A stretch of 64,000 nt of DNA, taken from positions 5,481 to 69,480 of the forward strand of contig JAUSMY010000056.1 in NCBI GenBank assembly GCA_030646035.1, read 5' to 3'. Positions 17,834 to 27,521 of the stretch are shown here, piece after piece; position 1 is the stretch's first letter; each line of letters starts with the position of its first letter. Position numbers and translations under genes: made by a program. The stretch comes from Thermodesulfovibrionia bacterium. GTDB taxonomy: Bacteria; Nitrospirota; Thermodesulfovibrionia; UBA6902. The notes beneath the pieces were generated by a model, which saw only the letters and a program-made list of their open reading frames with translations, searched no databases and was not told where the DNA came from.

Positions 17834-18247
17834 ATGGCATATTGCAATGAAGATGACATAAAGAAACGTATTCCCGAACAGGTAATTATTGAGCTTACTG
17901 ATGACAACTCCGCCGATGAAATTGATCCAGTAAAGGTCTTAGATGCCATAGCGTCGGCTGAAGGAGAAATCAATGGTTATCTGAGGTCCAGATACACACT
18001 CCCGCTCTTGTCGATACCGGACCTTATAAGAAAGCTGTCAGTTGATATCGCTATCTACTATCTTTATGCTCGCAAGGTCGAGGAGATACCTGACACCCGG
18101 AGGACGATGTATAAGGACGCTATTAATACATTACAGTCCATTGCAGCCGGAAGAGTAGTGCTTGATATTGTCGAAGAAGATGATGTGCCTGATCCGGACT
18201 TTACATCAGGGGTCGTTAAATCAACCCACTTTGGTAAATTATGCTGA
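17834..18247 (+). CDS. Head-tail connector / head completion protein (Mu gp36-like DUF1320)
   Basis: 137 aa. The N-terminus MAYCNEDDIKKRIPEQVIIELTDD is characteristic of the DUF1320 family. It lies immediately after the capsid gene. Confidence 0.5.
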   Translation: MAYCNEDDIKKRIPEQVIIELTDDNSADEIDPVKVLDAIASAEGEINGYLRSRYTLPLLSIPDLIRKLSVDIAIYYLYARKVEEIPDTRRTMYKDAINTLQSIAAGRVVLDIVEEDDVPDPDFTSGVVKSTHFGKLC

Positions 18248-18750
18248 TTTTAAAATTTGTCATAGATGACAAAAATCTTAACCATAAGCTGGACAGGATG
18301 AAGATGGGTATTCCTGCGGCTATTCAGTCAGGCATTGAGAAAGCCACTAAGAAAATTCATAGAGAAGCGCATAAAAATCTATCAGGCGCAGGAGCAAAGT
18401 CAAGGATCACAGGGAAGGCTGTCAAGGAAAATGGCAAATGGAAGATAAAAGGGCGCAAGAACATTCCGCAATCAATCCCGGGCGGTGGATGGCCTGTGCC
18501 GGTCAGAACAGGATGGCTAAGACAGATGCTTTATTTTCTTCTACCTGGAGAGACTTCTGGCAATGGAGGCCTGACAGTTACAGCCGGGCACTTTGAAGGG
18601 GTTGTTTATAACGCGGCAGAGTACGCAGATGTCATACATGAGGGAAGAGGATCGTCAAGAAAGTTTGGTAAGCGGCCGTTTATAACGCAGGCCGCGAATT
18701 TAAACCTCGGAAGCTTCATCGAATCTGAGATTGACAAGGTAACTGACTAA
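18241..18750 (+). CDS. Virion morphogenesis/head-tail joining protein (HK97 gp10-like?)
   Basis: Position in the connector block. AEYADVIHEGRG resembles the gp10-family motif. Confidence 0.35.
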   Translation: MLILKFVIDDKNLNHKLDRMKMGIPAAIQSGIEKATKKIHREAHKNLSGAGAKSRITGKAVKENGKWKIKGRKNIPQSIPGGGWPVPVRTGWLRQMLYFLLPGETSGNGGLTVTAGHFEGVVYNAAEYADVIHEGRGSSRKFGKRPFITQAANLNLGSFIESEIDKVTD

Positions 18751-19187
18751 TGTCGATAGATTTTGTTCAGGTTGAAGACAAGGTAATCGCTGAGCTTAAG
18801 GCAAATATGAAATACCTTAAAAATGTCGAGTCATATGCCGGCCAGCTCGCATCTGAGATAGATAAACTTGTGGGGAACTTCCCAGCTGTTTATGTGGCTT
18901 ACGGCGGGTCAAAACTCGAATGGGTTGACGGGACTGTTTATAACGATCTTCCTGACTTCGATATTATCGTCGTTTCCAAAAACTTCAAGGGCGGTGAGGC
19001 CCGGCGGAAGGATACTAACGGCTGTTACGACATGATCAAAGACGTCCTGAAATATTTGACCAATCAGGACTTCGGGATGGATATCGAGAAGCTGAAGCCG
19101 GTTGATGTGACACTTTTATTAAGCACACACCTGGCGACAGCTTATAACATAAAATTTCAGACCAATTTCGATATTGTCTATGAATAA
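18750..19187 (+). CDS. Mu gp37-like (DUF1834) tail-completion protein
   Basis: Gene order after the DUF1320 protein is Mu-like. The call is weak and based on size and position. Confidence 0.3.
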   Translation: MSIDFVQVEDKVIAELKANMKYLKNVESYAGQLASEIDKLVGNFPAVYVAYGGSKLEWVDGTVYNDLPDFDIIVVSKNFKGGEARRKDTNGCYDMIKDVLKYLTNQDFGMDIEKLKPVDVTLLLSTHLATAYNIKFQTNFDIVYE

Positions 19188-19226
19188 ATCATAGAAGAGA
19201 TATTCACATATTAACGGAGGAGCGAT

Positions 19227-19529
19227 ATGCCATTACCTCATATATCAACAAGTAAAAGGAAGACAGGAGTTTTAGAGTATTTCACAACTGATGACCCTAA
19301 TATATTTGTTCGCCAGGCAACAGTTGAAGACGAAATACATCTTGATAAATTGAATGCGATGATTGAAGAATTGCAATCACTTAACATAGAGGAACTTTCT
19401 ATCCCTGAAGATACCTCTGATGTAGCAATCAAAATTATAGAATCAGAAAACATAGTCATCAGGAATAATCAGGAAAGGGTTTTATCATTGCCTGCACTTT
19501 TCGCAATCAGAGAAGTAATAGAGGGTTAA
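19227..19529 (+). CDS. Hypothetical phage structural protein
   Basis: Good RBS (ACGGAGGAG). No recognisable motif. Confidence 0.3.
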   Translation: MPLPHISTSKRKTGVLEYFTTDDPNIFVRQATVEDEIHLDKLNAMIEELQSLNIEELSIPEDTSDVAIKIIESENIVIRNNQERVLSLPALFAIREVIEG

Positions 19530-22500
19530 TGGCAATCACATTTCCATCAACACAGAGAAATATTTTAATTACTGGTTACTCAGCAGTCACTCCATGTACG
19601 ATGGCTGATATTTACAATGCTGACATCGCAGCCGTAAATGGCAGGCAGTTATATACTGGCGCGGCTTCTGGAAGTCCATTCTCTATTTCTCTCGGAACAC
19701 AGACTTTTGGCTTGGTTACAACTCAACCGTGGGTAGCTGATAGTCATGGAGTCCAATTAAAGATAACATGCACAGCAAGGGCAGGAGCTACACTTGCATT
19801 GACTGGAAAGAATAGATCTGGAGAGACAGTTACGGAAACAGGAATTGATATTTCAAGCGGTTCTGCAATCACTATTAAAAAATATTTCACTCTTGATACT
19901 AATGGAATAGTTTTCACAGGATTAAGTAATGGCGATACCATAACTATTAAACAAGACCGTTGGGGAGTGGTTAGTAAAATCCAGCAAACATATCCTTATT
20001 GTGTCAATACAAAATACTGGATGTGCGAAGGCGGAATACAGATTGGTGATTATTCTTCAACGCCTGGGAACTTTGCTTCTACTAATGAACTTTTCTTTTT
20101 CCCCGGGAATCATGGGTTCGCTATTGGCTCAAATCCAGCAGGTAGTTTTGTCATAGGTTCTCTGTCTAATGGGCTTCCATCTGAAGGATCCGTCATTGTT
20201 CATGACTCAAATGGACAAAATTCAAATGCTATAGGCGTAGGTAATGACTCTGGTATAACTGGGAATATTACTATTTATGACACTGCAATAAAACACTTAA
20301 ACAGGTCATTAGCCTATGGCGGATGTTATGTAGGAAATTATGGTGGCACAGTTATCCTAAAGGGAATACATGCTAATGGTTGTGTAGTTCAATCAGGTGC
20401 ATACACCATCGATGATATCTGTATATATAGAAGCTCATCTGGTGGAATAGGCGGAGGCAATGGTTCAGTTATATCCAATGCCAGAGTTCATAACAGCCTT
20501 TCTGGATATTCTATGGCAGGACAAGGATTGTCTGATTTTGTTACGGGAGTAGTTTTAGATGGTACACATAGTACGGAATATCTATTGGCTTATGCAGGCC
20601 AATCTCCAACCACCGCCCGGCTTAATGATTGTGTTCATGGAGACAACAAGATAAAGGCTAATGGGCCAAGTAATATTTACAGGACAACCTATGTAGATAT
20701 TTTAATTAATGATATTTTGGGCAATCCCATTAGTGGAGCAGCTTGTCTCATCAAGGATATGGATGGGAATATCGTATCCTACAATCTGAGTATATCTACA
20801 AATGCGATAACAGTTCTATCATCTGCTATAGACATAGTCGCTTCTACGAGCTGGCTGACTTTTGGCTTTGCAGTCGGAGATGTCATTGTTCAAGATGCAG
20901 AATTTATGCTTATCACAGCTATTGGCGGCACAGGCAATAAAACTGCAACTGTAACAAGAGGATACTATCCAAAATATCCAGCTGTGTATCATTATTCAAG
21001 AATTATTTATAAAGCCGGTTCAGCACTTTCAAATGCCAGTGGATTTGTCCCTCAACAAATCATTCCATTGAAGAGATATTTACAGCAGCAAGGTGGAATA
21101 GAAGGTGCAGGACTTGCTACCACTTATAAAGACCACACAATAATAATCAGCAAACAGGGATATTCGACTTATCAAGATGTAATCACTTTTGCCGAGAATG
21201 ATTTAACAGGACAGGATTTAGAGATATCACTTTCTGTTTATCCAAATATAAATTTCTATACACAGTCAAATCAAAACAGGATAGGTGGGAATATCATGGA
21301 TATAAAAAAGAACGAGGCTGACGCAACCAAAAGAAGAGTTCCTATAGTCTGTGTTGATGCCGCTGACTTTGCAACTCCAGAACCAGGCGAGGCTGGAGGT
21401 CAAGCACAGAAGAGTATTAATAAAGGAGTATGGACAAATACGGCTGGAACATTAGTTCTTGTTGATGCAGCAAGTGGAAGTTATTATGTCGAATATACTC
21501 AAGCAGAAGTAAATGGCAATGACCTTGATACAATTGATACCCGATATAAGTCTGCCAATACAGCTTATACTTACGGCCCCACCGTTCAAATAAAAGCAAA
21601 GGGATTAAGTGATGTAGTTGCTGATATCGCCGCAGTATCTGGACAGGTATTGAATGTAGAAGACAAGGTTGATCTTATTGATAATATTGTCGATTCTGTA
21701 AAGACCGAGACTGATAAGATCGCCGGAGTCAAAGCAAAGACAGATAATATCCCAGTATCACCAGCAACAGAGGGGAATGTTTCTGCAGTAGGTGAAACTG
21801 TTGTTGCGGTAGGTAATGCAGTTGTAACAATTGACGGCATAGTTGATGCCATTAAAGCCAAGACCGATAATCTGCCTGATGATCCCGCAAGCGATACGAA
21901 TGTTAATGCCAATGAGGCCAAGATCGATACGGCCATTACAAATATAGCAATCCTCGACGGCAAGGTAGTTGTAGTTGACGGGATCGTGGATACGATTGTT
22001 ACCGAGACAAATAAGATAGCAGCTATTAAGACTGAGACTGACAAGATCGCTGGGGTGCAGGCTGATATAGCGACACTCGATGATAAGGTTGTCACCGTGG
22101 ACGGCGAAGTGGGAACGATAGATGCACTTGTTGATGCCATAAAGGCTAAGACCGATAACCTGCCGACTGACCCTGCAAGTGATACGAACGTTAATGCCAA
22201 TGAGGCCAAGATCGATACGGCCATTACAAATTTAGCAACGCTCGACGGCAAGGTAGTTATAGTTGACGGCATCGTTGATGCAATTAAGACTGAGACTGAT
22301 AAGATCGCTGGAGTGAAGACTGATATAGCGACTCTCGATGACAAGGTTGTCACAGTGGACAGCAAGGTGGGAACGATAGATGCGCTTGTTGATGCCATAA
22401 AGGCAAAGACCGATAACCTGCCAGTTGATCCCGCAAGCGATACGAATGTTAATGCCAATGAGGTCAAGATCGATACGGCCATTACAAACATAGCAACCCT

Positions 22501-23176
22501 CGACGACAAGGTAGTCGTTGTTGACGGCATCGTGGATGAGATTGTTACCGAGACAAATAAGATAGCAGCTATTAAGACCGAGACTGATAAGATCGCTGGA
22601 GTGAAGACTGATATAGCGACTCTTGATGACAAGGTTGGCACAATGGACAGTAAGGTTGAAACGATAGATGCGCTTGTTGATGCCATAAAAGCCAAGACTG
22701 ATAATCTGCCCGCTGATCCTGCAAGTGATACGAACGTCAATGCCAACGAGACGAAAATTGATGCAATCGCATCAGCTATATCTACCCTCGACGGGAAAGT
22801 TGTTACCCTTGTCAGCGGTGTGGCAAACAATTCCAGGACAGTAGTGGATAGTAAACCACAGGAGATTACACGGGGCGATGAAGTCCTGTTTACTATTTAT
22901 CTTAGTACATCGTGGAATTTGACAGGGAAAAAGGTGCACTTCATGGCGAAGGCTGACAAAGATGCTGCTGATTCTACCGCCATATTTAATGTGGTTTGTA
23001 CTGTCGGAGCTGCGTCCGGCGGGCTGATTCCTTGCACCTACACGCTTACTCCGGCACAGACTGCGATAAAAGGGAAATATTATGCCGAGGCTGAGGTGCG
23101 GAATACGGACGGATCATCACCTCAGACCGCGAAAGAGTTCCCGCTCATAATAAGAAATGACGTCAGAAAAGGATAA
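19529..23176 (+). CDS. Large virion protein with an N-terminal right-handed beta-helix (tailspike/depolymerase-like) and C-terminal tandem coiled-coil-like repeats. Possible fibre or neck appendage.
   Basis: The N-terminal 600 aa are Gly/Asn/Ser-rich with periodic hydrophobics typical of pectate-lyase-like beta-helices. Residues about 690-1090 consist of 96/86/96-aa near-identical repeats. Confidence 0.5.
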   Translation: MAITFPSTQRNILITGYSAVTPCTMADIYNADIAAVNGRQLYTGAASGSPFSISLGTQTFGLVTTQPWVADSHGVQLKITCTARAGATLALTGKNRSGETVTETGIDISSGSAITIKKYFTLDTNGIVFTGLSNGDTITIKQDRWGVVSKIQQTYPYCVNTKYWMCEGGIQIGDYSSTPGNFASTNELFFFPGNHGFAIGSNPAGSFVIGSLSNGLPSEGSVIVHDSNGQNSNAIGVGNDSGITGNITIYDTAIKHLNRSLAYGGCYVGNYGGTVILKGIHANGCVVQSGAYTIDDICIYRSSSGGIGGGNGSVISNARVHNSLSGYSMAGQGLSDFVTGVVLDGTHSTEYLLAYAGQSPTTARLNDCVHGDNKIKANGPSNIYRTTYVDILINDILGNPISGAACLIKDMDGNIVSYNLSISTNAITVLSSAIDIVASTSWLTFGFAVGDVIVQDAEFMLITAIGGTGNKTATVTRGYYPKYPAVYHYSRIIYKAGSALSNASGFVPQQIIPLKRYLQQQGGIEGAGLATTYKDHTIIISKQGYSTYQDVITFAENDLTGQDLEISLSVYPNINFYTQSNQNRIGGNIMDIKKNEADATKRRVPIVCVDAADFATPEPGEAGGQAQKSINKGVWTNTAGTLVLVDAASGSYYVEYTQAEVNGNDLDTIDTRYKSANTAYTYGPTVQIKAKGLSDVVADIAAVSGQVLNVEDKVDLIDNIVDSVKTETDKIAGVKAKTDNIPVSPATEGNVSAVGETVVAVGNAVVTIDGIVDAIKAKTDNLPDDPASDTNVNANEAKIDTAITNIAILDGKVVVVDGIVDTIVTETNKIAAIKTETDKIAGVQADIATLDDKVVTVDGEVGTIDALVDAIKAKTDNLPTDPASDTNVNANEAKIDTAITNLATLDGKVVIVDGIVDAIKTETDKIAGVKTDIATLDDKVVTVDSKVGTIDALVDAIKAKTDNLPVDPASDTNVNANEVKIDTAITNIATLDDKVVVVDGIVDEIVTETNKIAAIKTETDKIAGVKTDIATLDDKVGTMDSKVETIDALVDAIKAKTDNLPADPASDTNVNANETKIDAIASAISTLDGKVVTLVSGVANNSRTVVDSKPQEITRGDEVLFTIYLSTSWNLTGKKVHFMAKADKDAADSTAIFNVVCTVGAASGGLIPCTYTLTPAQTAIKGKYYAEAEVRNTDGSSPQTAKEFPLIIRNDVRKG
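21600..22800 (+). repeat. Intragenic tandem DNA repeats of 288/258/288 bp plus flanking degenerate units, above 90% identical, inside the 1215-aa gene
   Basis: Units start at 21842, 22130, 22388 and 22676 (VDAIKAKTDNLP.DPASDTNVNANE.KIDTAITN...). The 288-bp units carry an internal 30-bp duplication (TETNKIAAIK/TETDKIAGVK). The minus-strand 414-aa ORF here is a repeat artefact. Confidence 0.85.
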
Positions 23177-23187
23177 GGGAGGAGATT

Positions 23188-23367
23188 ATGATCAACGTAA
23201 CAGTCACAGACGCAGCGGATGGGACGATACACTCGAAGTATGGCCTGCTTAAAAAAGGCTCAGAGATCGAGATTGATGAAGCTGACTTTGGAGAGGAGAT
23301 ATTCAAAAAGAAGACAGTCGTCAACGAGAAACTCAAAACTGATAACTTGAAAGGGAAGGAGGAGTAG
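23188..23367 (+). CDS. Small hypothetical phage protein (59 aa)
   Basis: Strong RBS (GGGAGGAG) 6 nt before the ATG. It lies between the large repeat protein and the tail tube gene and is below the track cutoff. Confidence 0.3.
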   Translation: MINVTVTDAADGTIHSKYGLLKKGSEIEIDEADFGEEIFKKKTVVNEKLKTDNLKGKEE

Positions 23368-23370
23368 GTC

Positions 23371-24405
23371 ATGCCAAGTGTAAGCGGAAGAGAAGTTAGG
23401 GTAGCTTTAAAAAAAGCTGCGGTATGGGGTACTGCAGTAGCCTGTGGCGCCGGGGACGGGATACTGTGCCTGGCGGACAGCATGAAGAAGAAAATCAATA
23501 GCGAAGTCGACAACTCTCTGGGGTTAGCCTTTGCAGAGGATCGTGATCAGGGGAATATCGTTGTTGAGGGCGGATTGCCCGCATACTTGCGGTATGACTC
23601 GCACGACAGGCCCATAGCCCTTGCAATGGGGAGCACTCAGGCCCCGACACAGCAGGGCGCCACGGCAGCATACGTAAACAGTATTCTACTGGCTGACAAC
23701 ATTGACGGCCTCTTTGCGTCGCTGGCAATTAACAAGATCATCAATGTTGATGAATTTCCCTCTGACAAAATAGTGGGCTTCACTATTAAGGGCGTTTCCG
23801 GGCAGGTGGTGATGATCGAGTACATTAAAATCTGTAATGATAAGGTTGTGGCATCAATCGTAAACAACTTAACATCCTTTGCCAATGTTACATATCTGGA
23901 GAAGACAAACCGGGTACTCTTTGGCCAGGGCGTCTTCAGGATCAATGCTCAGGCCGGCGGAGCGCTTGCAGATGGAGATATAGTAACTCCGTCTGCGTTT
24001 GAGTTTACATTCAAACGTAACCTGAAAGGCGAGTATGTGGCAGGCTCTGCGAATAAGATAGATGAGCCGACAAATGAGGGAGTCCCGGAGATCAAGCTGA
24101 AGCTTACCTTCGCGAGATACACAGCCACAACCTATATCGCAGATCTCTTTGCGGATGTGAAGAAAAAGATGGATATCACCTTCACTGGCGCTGTGATCGA
24201 AGGTGCTTATAGCAGGCAGTTCAAGCTCCAGTTCCCGAACCTTGCATATTCTGATGCTGATGCGCCTACAAAAGAAGCCAAGCTTGATAACGTCGTTGAG
24301 TTTGACTGCCTGGCAACAACTGCTGCGCCTACAGGCATGGCCGGGATACTAAAACCGTTCCAGGTGAATCTGATCAACAAGAGGACAACGAGTCCGTTAG
24401 CGTAA
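23371..24405 (+). CDS. Major tail (tube) protein
   Basis: 344 aa located immediately upstream of the G/GT-type chaperone pair and the tape measure gene. RBS GGAAGGAGGAG. Confidence 0.5.
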   Translation: MPSVSGREVRVALKKAAVWGTAVACGAGDGILCLADSMKKKINSEVDNSLGLAFAEDRDQGNIVVEGGLPAYLRYDSHDRPIALAMGSTQAPTQQGATAAYVNSILLADNIDGLFASLAINKIINVDEFPSDKIVGFTIKGVSGQVVMIEYIKICNDKVVASIVNNLTSFANVTYLEKTNRVLFGQGVFRINAQAGGALADGDIVTPSAFEFTFKRNLKGEYVAGSANKIDEPTNEGVPEIKLKLTFARYTATTYIADLFADVKKKMDITFTGAVIEGAYSRQFKLQFPNLAYSDADAPTKEAKLDNVVEFDCLATTAAPTGMAGILKPFQVNLINKRTTSPLA

Positions 24406-24428
24406 AAAAAAACAGGAGGCAATAGATA

Positions 24429-24809
24429 ATGGCAAAAATCAATTTAACAGACGGTGATAAAAACAAATGGTTTCAGTATGACATTGACACTGAGGTGTGT
24501 TTAAGGTTGATGTCAAAGGCAGAATTGAGGGCTATAAATAAGCAGGCCAAGAAGAATTCTGGTCTTACAAGTGCGGATCAGGATGAAATAGCAGATAAAA
24601 AGCTTGGCAGAGAGGCAGTGATTGGCTGGCGCAAGATGGCAGATCATAATCATCCGGGATTTATTTTAAATGGTGAGCCTCTGTCGTTCACACCTATAAA
24701 CATTGATCTGTTGATGACAAAGAGTTTTAAGTTTTCTAAGTTTGTTAATGAGATGTGTGTTAGTGAAGATGAGTTTATCGAGGAGCCGATAAACCCAAAA
24801 AACGACTAA
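24429..24809 (+). CDS. Tail assembly chaperone (lambda G-like). Its 3' end carries an A_AAA_AAC -1 slippery site.
   Basis: Size and position before the tape measure. The heptamer A AAA AAC at 24797-24803 is in the zero frame, 1 codon before the stop. Confidence 0.55.
   Translation: MAKINLTDGDKNKWFQYDIDTEVCLRLMSKAELRAINKQAKKNSGLTSADQDEIADKKLGREAVIGWRKMADHNHPGFILNGEPLSFTPINIDLLMTKSFKFSKFVNEMCVSEDEFIEEPINPKND
24797..24803 (+). promoter_or_regulatory. Programmed -1 ribosomal frameshift slippery heptamer AAAAAAC
   Basis: X_XXY_YYZ in the zero frame of the upstream chaperone gene. A GC-rich repeat/hairpin (CCGGGCG...CCGGGCG) begins about 8 nt downstream. Confidence 0.55.
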
Positions 24810-24844
24810 TAGCTTACATCCGGGCGAAAGCGGACTTTCCGGGC

Positions 24845-25147
24845 GTGAGCTGTGAGATTTGTAAAGGGATATTACAGATAGATGAAGTCGAACCGCCGTG
24901 CTTTTGTGAGGTAGAAGAAGGTGAAATAGTTCCCGGTGTCAACGCCTGCTGGATACCGGAGCTTGACGAAAAGAGTAAAAGGATACTTGTGATCAGGCAA
25001 AAGATTACAGCACTTAAAGAACTTGTAGACTCGGGAACGATACTAAGGTTGTATGAGGCTGATTTAGAGGATATAGAGCTGTTGGCGTATCTGGAAGATG
25101 AACTGAGGCAGATGCAGGACGAAGCACCTAAACCAAAAGAGGGCTAA
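24845..25147 (+). CDS. Tail assembly chaperone frameshift extension (GT-like). Expected to be expressed as a 24429..24803/24803..25147 fusion.
   Basis: The ORF is in the -1 frame relative to 24429..24809. The -1 frame is open from the slippery site through to 25147. The annotated start is GTG with no independent SD. Confidence 0.5.
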   Translation: MSCEICKGILQIDEVEPPCFCEVEEGEIVPGVNACWIPELDEKSKRILVIRQKITALKELVDSGTILRLYEADLEDIELLAYLEDELRQMQDEAPKPKEG

Positions 25148-25148
25148 G

Positions 25149-27521
25149 ATGGCTGAAGTAAAAATATCTATAACCGCGGAAGACGGCACAAAGCAAGTCT
25201 TTAGCGCAGTCAGAGAAGGCGCAAAGACTGCATTTGATAGCGTCGAAAACTCCGCTGTTACCTCTACCGGTAAAATGAGTTCAGCATTTGATAGTTTAAA
25301 GTCGCATTGGCTTGAGGTTACGGCAGGTATTTACGCCGCATGGGAAACTGTATCAAAAGCAATTGAACTCATAAAACTCGGAGCCGGAGCCATGCAGTCT
25401 GAAGAATCATTCAAAAATGTCACCAAGGCTTATGGCGAGGACGCTGATGCGTTACTTGCCAAGATGGAAGAAGTTTCTATAGGAGCAATAGATAGCAGCG
25501 ATCTTATGCAACGTGTTGTAAAAGGTATGCAGCAGGGGTTGTCAAGCGACCAGATAGTTAAGCTGCTTGAAGTCTCCCGTTCCGCAGCCAGGGTGGCTGG
25601 GACAGATATTGCATCTGCGTTTGATGGAATTACAAATGCGGTTGCCAACCAGACCATGAGAGGATTGAAGCTGTATGGCATTATGGTCGATCAAAACAAG
25701 GCATTTGAAGATTATGCCGTTGTATTGCATAAATCAAAAGATGCGCTTACAGAACAAGAACAATCTCAGGCACTTGCAAACGCGGCAATCGCAGAAGGCG
25801 GGCGGCAAGCAAAGAATATGGGCGATATGACAATAAATGCTTCCGAGCAGATACAGATAGCAGAAGCGAAAATACACGAGCTAAAAGAGACTATTGGAAC
25901 GGAGCTGATAGAAGCGCTCGGAAAAGCTATTGAGCACACCGACTCTCTTACCGCCGCCTTGACCGTAGGTGCAATAGTTGCCGCAGTTCCGATGTTAGGT
26001 AAGATAGTAACAGCATTGAAGGCGGTAGAAATTGGAGCATTAAGCGCATCCCTGGCAGCGCGGGGTATCGGCGCAGGGATTGCTGCTGGAGTTGGCTATG
26101 AAGTGGGTAAATGGTTAGATGCAGATCTATATAAACGCCTCGGCATAGACCTCTCCGGTATGAACAGGCCGACTCAAGAGCTTACGGATGCGACCGAAGG
26201 GCTTGCCTGGGCACAAGAGGAACTGGCAAAGCGGCAAAAGAAGGTTTCAGCTGGGTTTAGTGAAAACAAAGATGCTATCAAAGCCGTAAAAGACGCAGCT
26301 GAAAAATACGCCGATGTGGTTAAAGATGTCAACGCCGACCTTCTTAAATTCGCAGGAGATGACTTCAAGAAGAACCTCAAGGATCAGGAGAAATCCACAG
26401 GCGGAATGGCTCAGGCGCTGCAAGGATATCTGAATGTGACAGATGCCGTCTATAACAAGCGGCTGCAGATGCTCTTTGTCCTTGGTCAGGAAACTGATGT
26501 GGAGTTACAAGGCACAGCGGTGCAAAAGGCTCAGGCAGAGGCACGGCTTGGAGCTTGGAGTCAGTATTATGAAACATTAAAGGGGCTGCATAACGCCGCA
26601 ATCGAGGCGCAGAAGACGAAGACTAAAGAACTTCTTGATCTTGAAACCCGCATTAAGGATCAGCGACAGGGATATGCAGATCTGACGCTTTCATTAAACC
26701 AGAAGTTGATGACCGAGACGCAGAAATACTACTCCACACAGGAGGATCTTGAGCTGAAGTATAAGTCAGCTCTGACTCTTACAGGGCAGGCAAAAATAGA
26801 CGCGCTGACAAAGTATCAGACAGCGATGGCGGCGACAGCCAACGCTGTAACGCAGGATGGACAGGAGAGAATATCTCTTGAGGAAGCAGTGGCAACTGCG
26901 CTGGAGAAAAATGCAACGGCTCAGGCAGAGATTTTAATGGCACAGGATGCTCTTAAGCTGGCGAAACAGGCAGAGATAGACCAGATTGGCGTGTGGAAGA
27001 CATCGCTTGAGACGGCAATGGCAAAGGCTACTGAGATGATGGAGTTGTATACAACTCAGATCACTGACTTGGGCACGATCATAGACGGCTTACAGATGAA
27101 TAAGACGCTGACGGTGGACACTGCCGGGGCAGTAATGCAGGTCAATAGCCTCAAGGGCGCGATTGCTTCGATACCTGATATCACATATAAACAAATAATT
27201 ATCACAACTGCCGGAGGAGCCTCTTCCGGCGACGGTTTCCAAAGCGATAGCTCAATGTCCGGGTTTCACCCGCAGCCTTTAGCCACAGGAACTCCGTATG
27301 TTAAAAAAGAAGGTCTGTTTTATCTCCATGTTGGCGAGGCGGTGACTCCTGCCAGTATGAATAATAATAACTCAAGAAAAACGACTATCAACTTCTCAGG
27401 CATGAATATCAATATAAACGGAGCCAACAAAGACGGCAAGCAGCTCGCGCGGGAGATTGATGAAGAGATGGCGGATATGGTTAAAAACGAGAGATCACGG
27501 CTGGCGAAGGCGCTTAAATAA
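25149..27521 (+). CDS. Tail tape measure protein
   Basis: 790 aa, alpha-helical and low-complexity (A/Q/E/K-rich). The position after the G/GT pair is canonical. Confidence 0.7.
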   Translation: MAEVKISITAEDGTKQVFSAVREGAKTAFDSVENSAVTSTGKMSSAFDSLKSHWLEVTAGIYAAWETVSKAIELIKLGAGAMQSEESFKNVTKAYGEDADALLAKMEEVSIGAIDSSDLMQRVVKGMQQGLSSDQIVKLLEVSRSAARVAGTDIASAFDGITNAVANQTMRGLKLYGIMVDQNKAFEDYAVVLHKSKDALTEQEQSQALANAAIAEGGRQAKNMGDMTINASEQIQIAEAKIHELKETIGTELIEALGKAIEHTDSLTAALTVGAIVAAVPMLGKIVTALKAVEIGALSASLAARGIGAGIAAGVGYEVGKWLDADLYKRLGIDLSGMNRPTQELTDATEGLAWAQEELAKRQKKVSAGFSENKDAIKAVKDAAEKYADVVKDVNADLLKFAGDDFKKNLKDQEKSTGGMAQALQGYLNVTDAVYNKRLQMLFVLGQETDVELQGTAVQKAQAEARLGAWSQYYETLKGLHNAAIEAQKTKTKELLDLETRIKDQRQGYADLTLSLNQKLMTETQKYYSTQEDLELKYKSALTLTGQAKIDALTKYQTAMAATANAVTQDGQERISLEEAVATALEKNATAQAEILMAQDALKLAKQAEIDQIGVWKTSLETAMAKATEMMELYTTQITDLGTIIDGLQMNKTLTVDTAGAVMQVNSLKGAIASIPDITYKQIIITTAGGASSGDGFQSDSSMSGFHPQPLATGTPYVKKEGLFYLHVGEAVTPASMNNNNSRKTTINFSGMNININGANKDGKQLAREIDEEMADMVKNERSRLAKALK

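Noticed and set aside
21586-22830. 414-aa minus-strand ORF covering the tandem repeat region
   Set aside because: It is an artefact of the near-identical in-frame repeats on the plus strand, which also keep an antisense frame open. Its translation is a low-complexity S/T/A/V repeat with no start context.
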